Shown here one piece after another: positions 62,449 to 64,000 of a stretch of 64,000 bases of DNA. Position 1 is the stretch's first letter; each line of letters starts with the position of its first letter. Source of the DNA: an uncultured Gemmatimonadaceae bacterium (GTDB lineage Bacteria > Gemmatimonadota > Gemmatimonadetes > Gemmatimonadales > Gemmatimonadaceae); contig CAWJMB010000002.1 of the NCBI GenBank assembly GCA_963843845.1, positions 1,216,001 through 1,280,000 on the forward strand, given 5' to 3'. The translations under genes were made by a program, and so were the position numbers. The notes under the pieces were generated by a model. The model made no database searches. It saw only the letters and a program-made list of their open reading frames with translations, and was not told the DNA's origin.

Positions 62449-63554
62449 GCGAGCAGCTCCAGCACGAGCGCATCGTCGAGCGGCACCGACCAGGTCCCGC
62501 CGGCTCCGACCATCGCGCCGACGCGAGTGGGCAGCGCGTACTCGACGACGCCGCCCCGCGCCTTCTTGTCGCCCCGCGTCGCCGCCACGACGTCGGCGGG
62601 GCGGAGCGCGGCGGGGCGCCGGGTCGGCAGGCCGGCCGCGGCGAGCGCATCACGGATGGCAGCGGCCGTCCCGGCGTCGGCCAGGCCGATTCGCTCGGCG
62701 CCCTCGGCTTCGAGTGCCATGCCGATCGCGACGGCCTCGCCGTGCAGCAGGGTGTATCCGCTCAGCGCCTCGATCGCGTGACCGAGCGTGTGGCCGAAAT
62801 TCAACGTCCGTCGCACCCCGTGCTCGCGCTCGTCGGCGGCCACGATGCGCGCCTTGATCGCGACGCTCGCGGCGACGAGCCGCGTCAGCCGTGCGAGGGT
62901 GTCGCCGGCCCACTGGTCGACGGGTCGCGCCACCGTCGCGAAGGCGTCGACCGCCTCGCCGAAGTATGTCGCGTCGGTGATGACGCCGTGCTTCACCACC
63001 TCGGCGAGGCCGGCGCGGAGGTGGCGCGTGGGGAGCGTCCGGAGCACCTCGGGGTCGATGATGACCGCGGCCGGCGGATGGAACGCGCCGACGAGGTTCT
63101 TCCCGGCCGCGGTATCGACCGCCGTCTTGCCGCCGACCGACGCGTCGACCATCGCGAGCAGCGTCGTCGGCAGCTGCACGACCGGCACGCCGCGCATGTA
63201 CGTGGCCGCGACGAAGCCGGCGAGGTCCCCGACGACGCCGCCCCCGACGGCGACGACGGTCGTGTCGCGCCCGCAGCCGCTCGCCAGCATCGCGTCGGTC
63301 AGCCGGGACCAGCTGTCGCGCGTCTTGAACGACTCGCCCGGAGGAATGTCGAGCACCAGCGGGTTCGGCAACATGGCCGCCACACGATGCGCGTGCAGGG
63401 GCACGACGGTCGTGTCGCTGATCACGACCCAGCGATGCGCCGGCGCGACCGTCGCCGCGATGGCCGAGGCGTCTCCGATGGCGCCCGGCGCCACGTAGAC
63501 GGGGTAGGGAAGCGGCAGCTCGAGCGCGTCGCCCACCGTGCCAGCCGTCGTCAC
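62445..63554 (-). CDS. aroB: 3-dehydroquinate synthase
   Basis: GESFKT, GGGVVGDLAGFVAATYMRG, PTTLLAMVDASVGGKT, LNFGHTLGHAIE, HGEAV. Confidence 0.95.
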   Translation of the reverse strand: MTTAGTVGDALELPLPYPVYVAPGAIGDASAIAATVAPAHRWVVISDTTVVPLHAHRVAAMLPNPLVLDIPPGESFKTRDSWSRLTDAMLASGCGRDTTVVAVGGGVVGDLAGFVAATYMRGVPVVQLPTTLLAMVDASVGGKTAVDTAAGKNLVGAFHPPAAVIIDPEVLRTLPTRHLRAGLAEVVKHGVITDATYFGEAVDAFATVARPVDQWAGDTLARLTRLVAASVAIKARIVAADEREHGVRRTLNFGHTLGHAIEALSGYTLLHGEAVAIGMALEAEGAERIGLADAGTAAAIRDALAAAGLPTRRPAALRPADVVAATRGDKKARGGVVEYALPTRVGAMVGAGGTWSVPLDDALVLELLA

Positions 63555-64000
63555 CACTCGATCTCGGGTGTTCCGGTCCGGCGGTTGGCGACGCGGGCCA
63601 GCACGAACAGCAGATCGGAGAGGCGGTTCAGGTAGCGCAGCGCCAGCTCCGGAAGTTCGATCTCGCGCGCCAGCGCGACGACTCGGCGCTCGGCCCGCCG
63701 ACACACGGTCCTCGCGACATGGAGCGCGGCGGCCTTCGGCGTGCCGCCCGGGAGGATGAACGCCTTCAGCGGCTCCAGCTCGGCCTCACCGTCGTCGATC
63801 GCACGTTCCAACTCGGCGATGCGGCTCTCGTCGATGCGGGCCTTGTCGAGATGCGCGTGCATCTTGTCGCGGTCGGGCGTCGCGAGGAGGGCGCCGATGG
63901 CGAACAGGTCGCGCTGGATGGGCGTCAGGACGTCGTCGATGCGCGGCATCCGCTCGATGGCGTACGCGAGGCCCAGGGTGGCGTTCAGCTCGTCGACGTC
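63551..64000 (-). CDS. PduO-type ATP:cob(I)alamin adenosyltransferase (5' end outside window)
   Basis: VDELNA, IQRDLF, FILPGG, ARTVCRRAER, YLNRLSDLLFVLAR. Confidence 0.9.
   Translation of the reverse strand, partial: DVDELNATLGLAYAIERMPRIDDVLTPIQRDLFAIGALLATPDRDKMHAHLDKARIDESRIAELERAIDDGEAELEPLKAFILPGGTPKAAALHVARTVCRRAERRVVALAREIELPELALRYLNRLSDLLFVLARVANRRTGTPEIEW

Overview
Very GC-rich bacterial DNA; gene content and style suggest Gemmatimonadota (inference only). Positions ~1-44 kb form a large, mosaic Wzx/Wzy-type exopolysaccharide locus: Wzx, O-antigen ligase/polymerase, Wzc, an SLBB export protein, priming transferase, ugd, epimerases, wecB, five glycosyltransferases, exosortase plus EpsI, and an NtrC-type regulator with a kinase. 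It carries many polymer-tailoring enzymes: two AsnB amidotransferases, a FemAB-like GNAT, hexapeptide acyltransferases and a methyltransferase. Two things stand out. (1) A seven-gene operon at 34.5-40 kb encodes a carrier protein, a SerRS-like amino acid:carrier-protein ligase, a beta-lactamase-fold serine hydrolase, a GNAT, an acyltransferase, a formyltransferase and a polysaccharide deacetylase. It is a candidate non-canonical system for aminoacyl decoration of a glycan. (2) A c-di-GMP-I riboswitch at ~10.4-10.5 kb has an extended P1 that appears to sequester the RBS of a 1,037-aa lipoprotein (4 Ig-like domains, a PATPA stalk and a putative glycan-lyase-like head), a candidate c-di-GMP-repressed matrix-release enzyme. 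Positions ~44-64 kb hold mostly housekeeping genes: VWA/AAA pair, MFS, hybrid kinase, YgfZ, OmpA, glcDEF-like operon, sigma factor, aroB, PduO-type transferase, and a small Met-rich repeat lipoprotein. Many conserved genes contain indels that look like assembly errors, so their coordinates are approximate. No rRNA, tRNA, CRISPR array or mobile element was seen.
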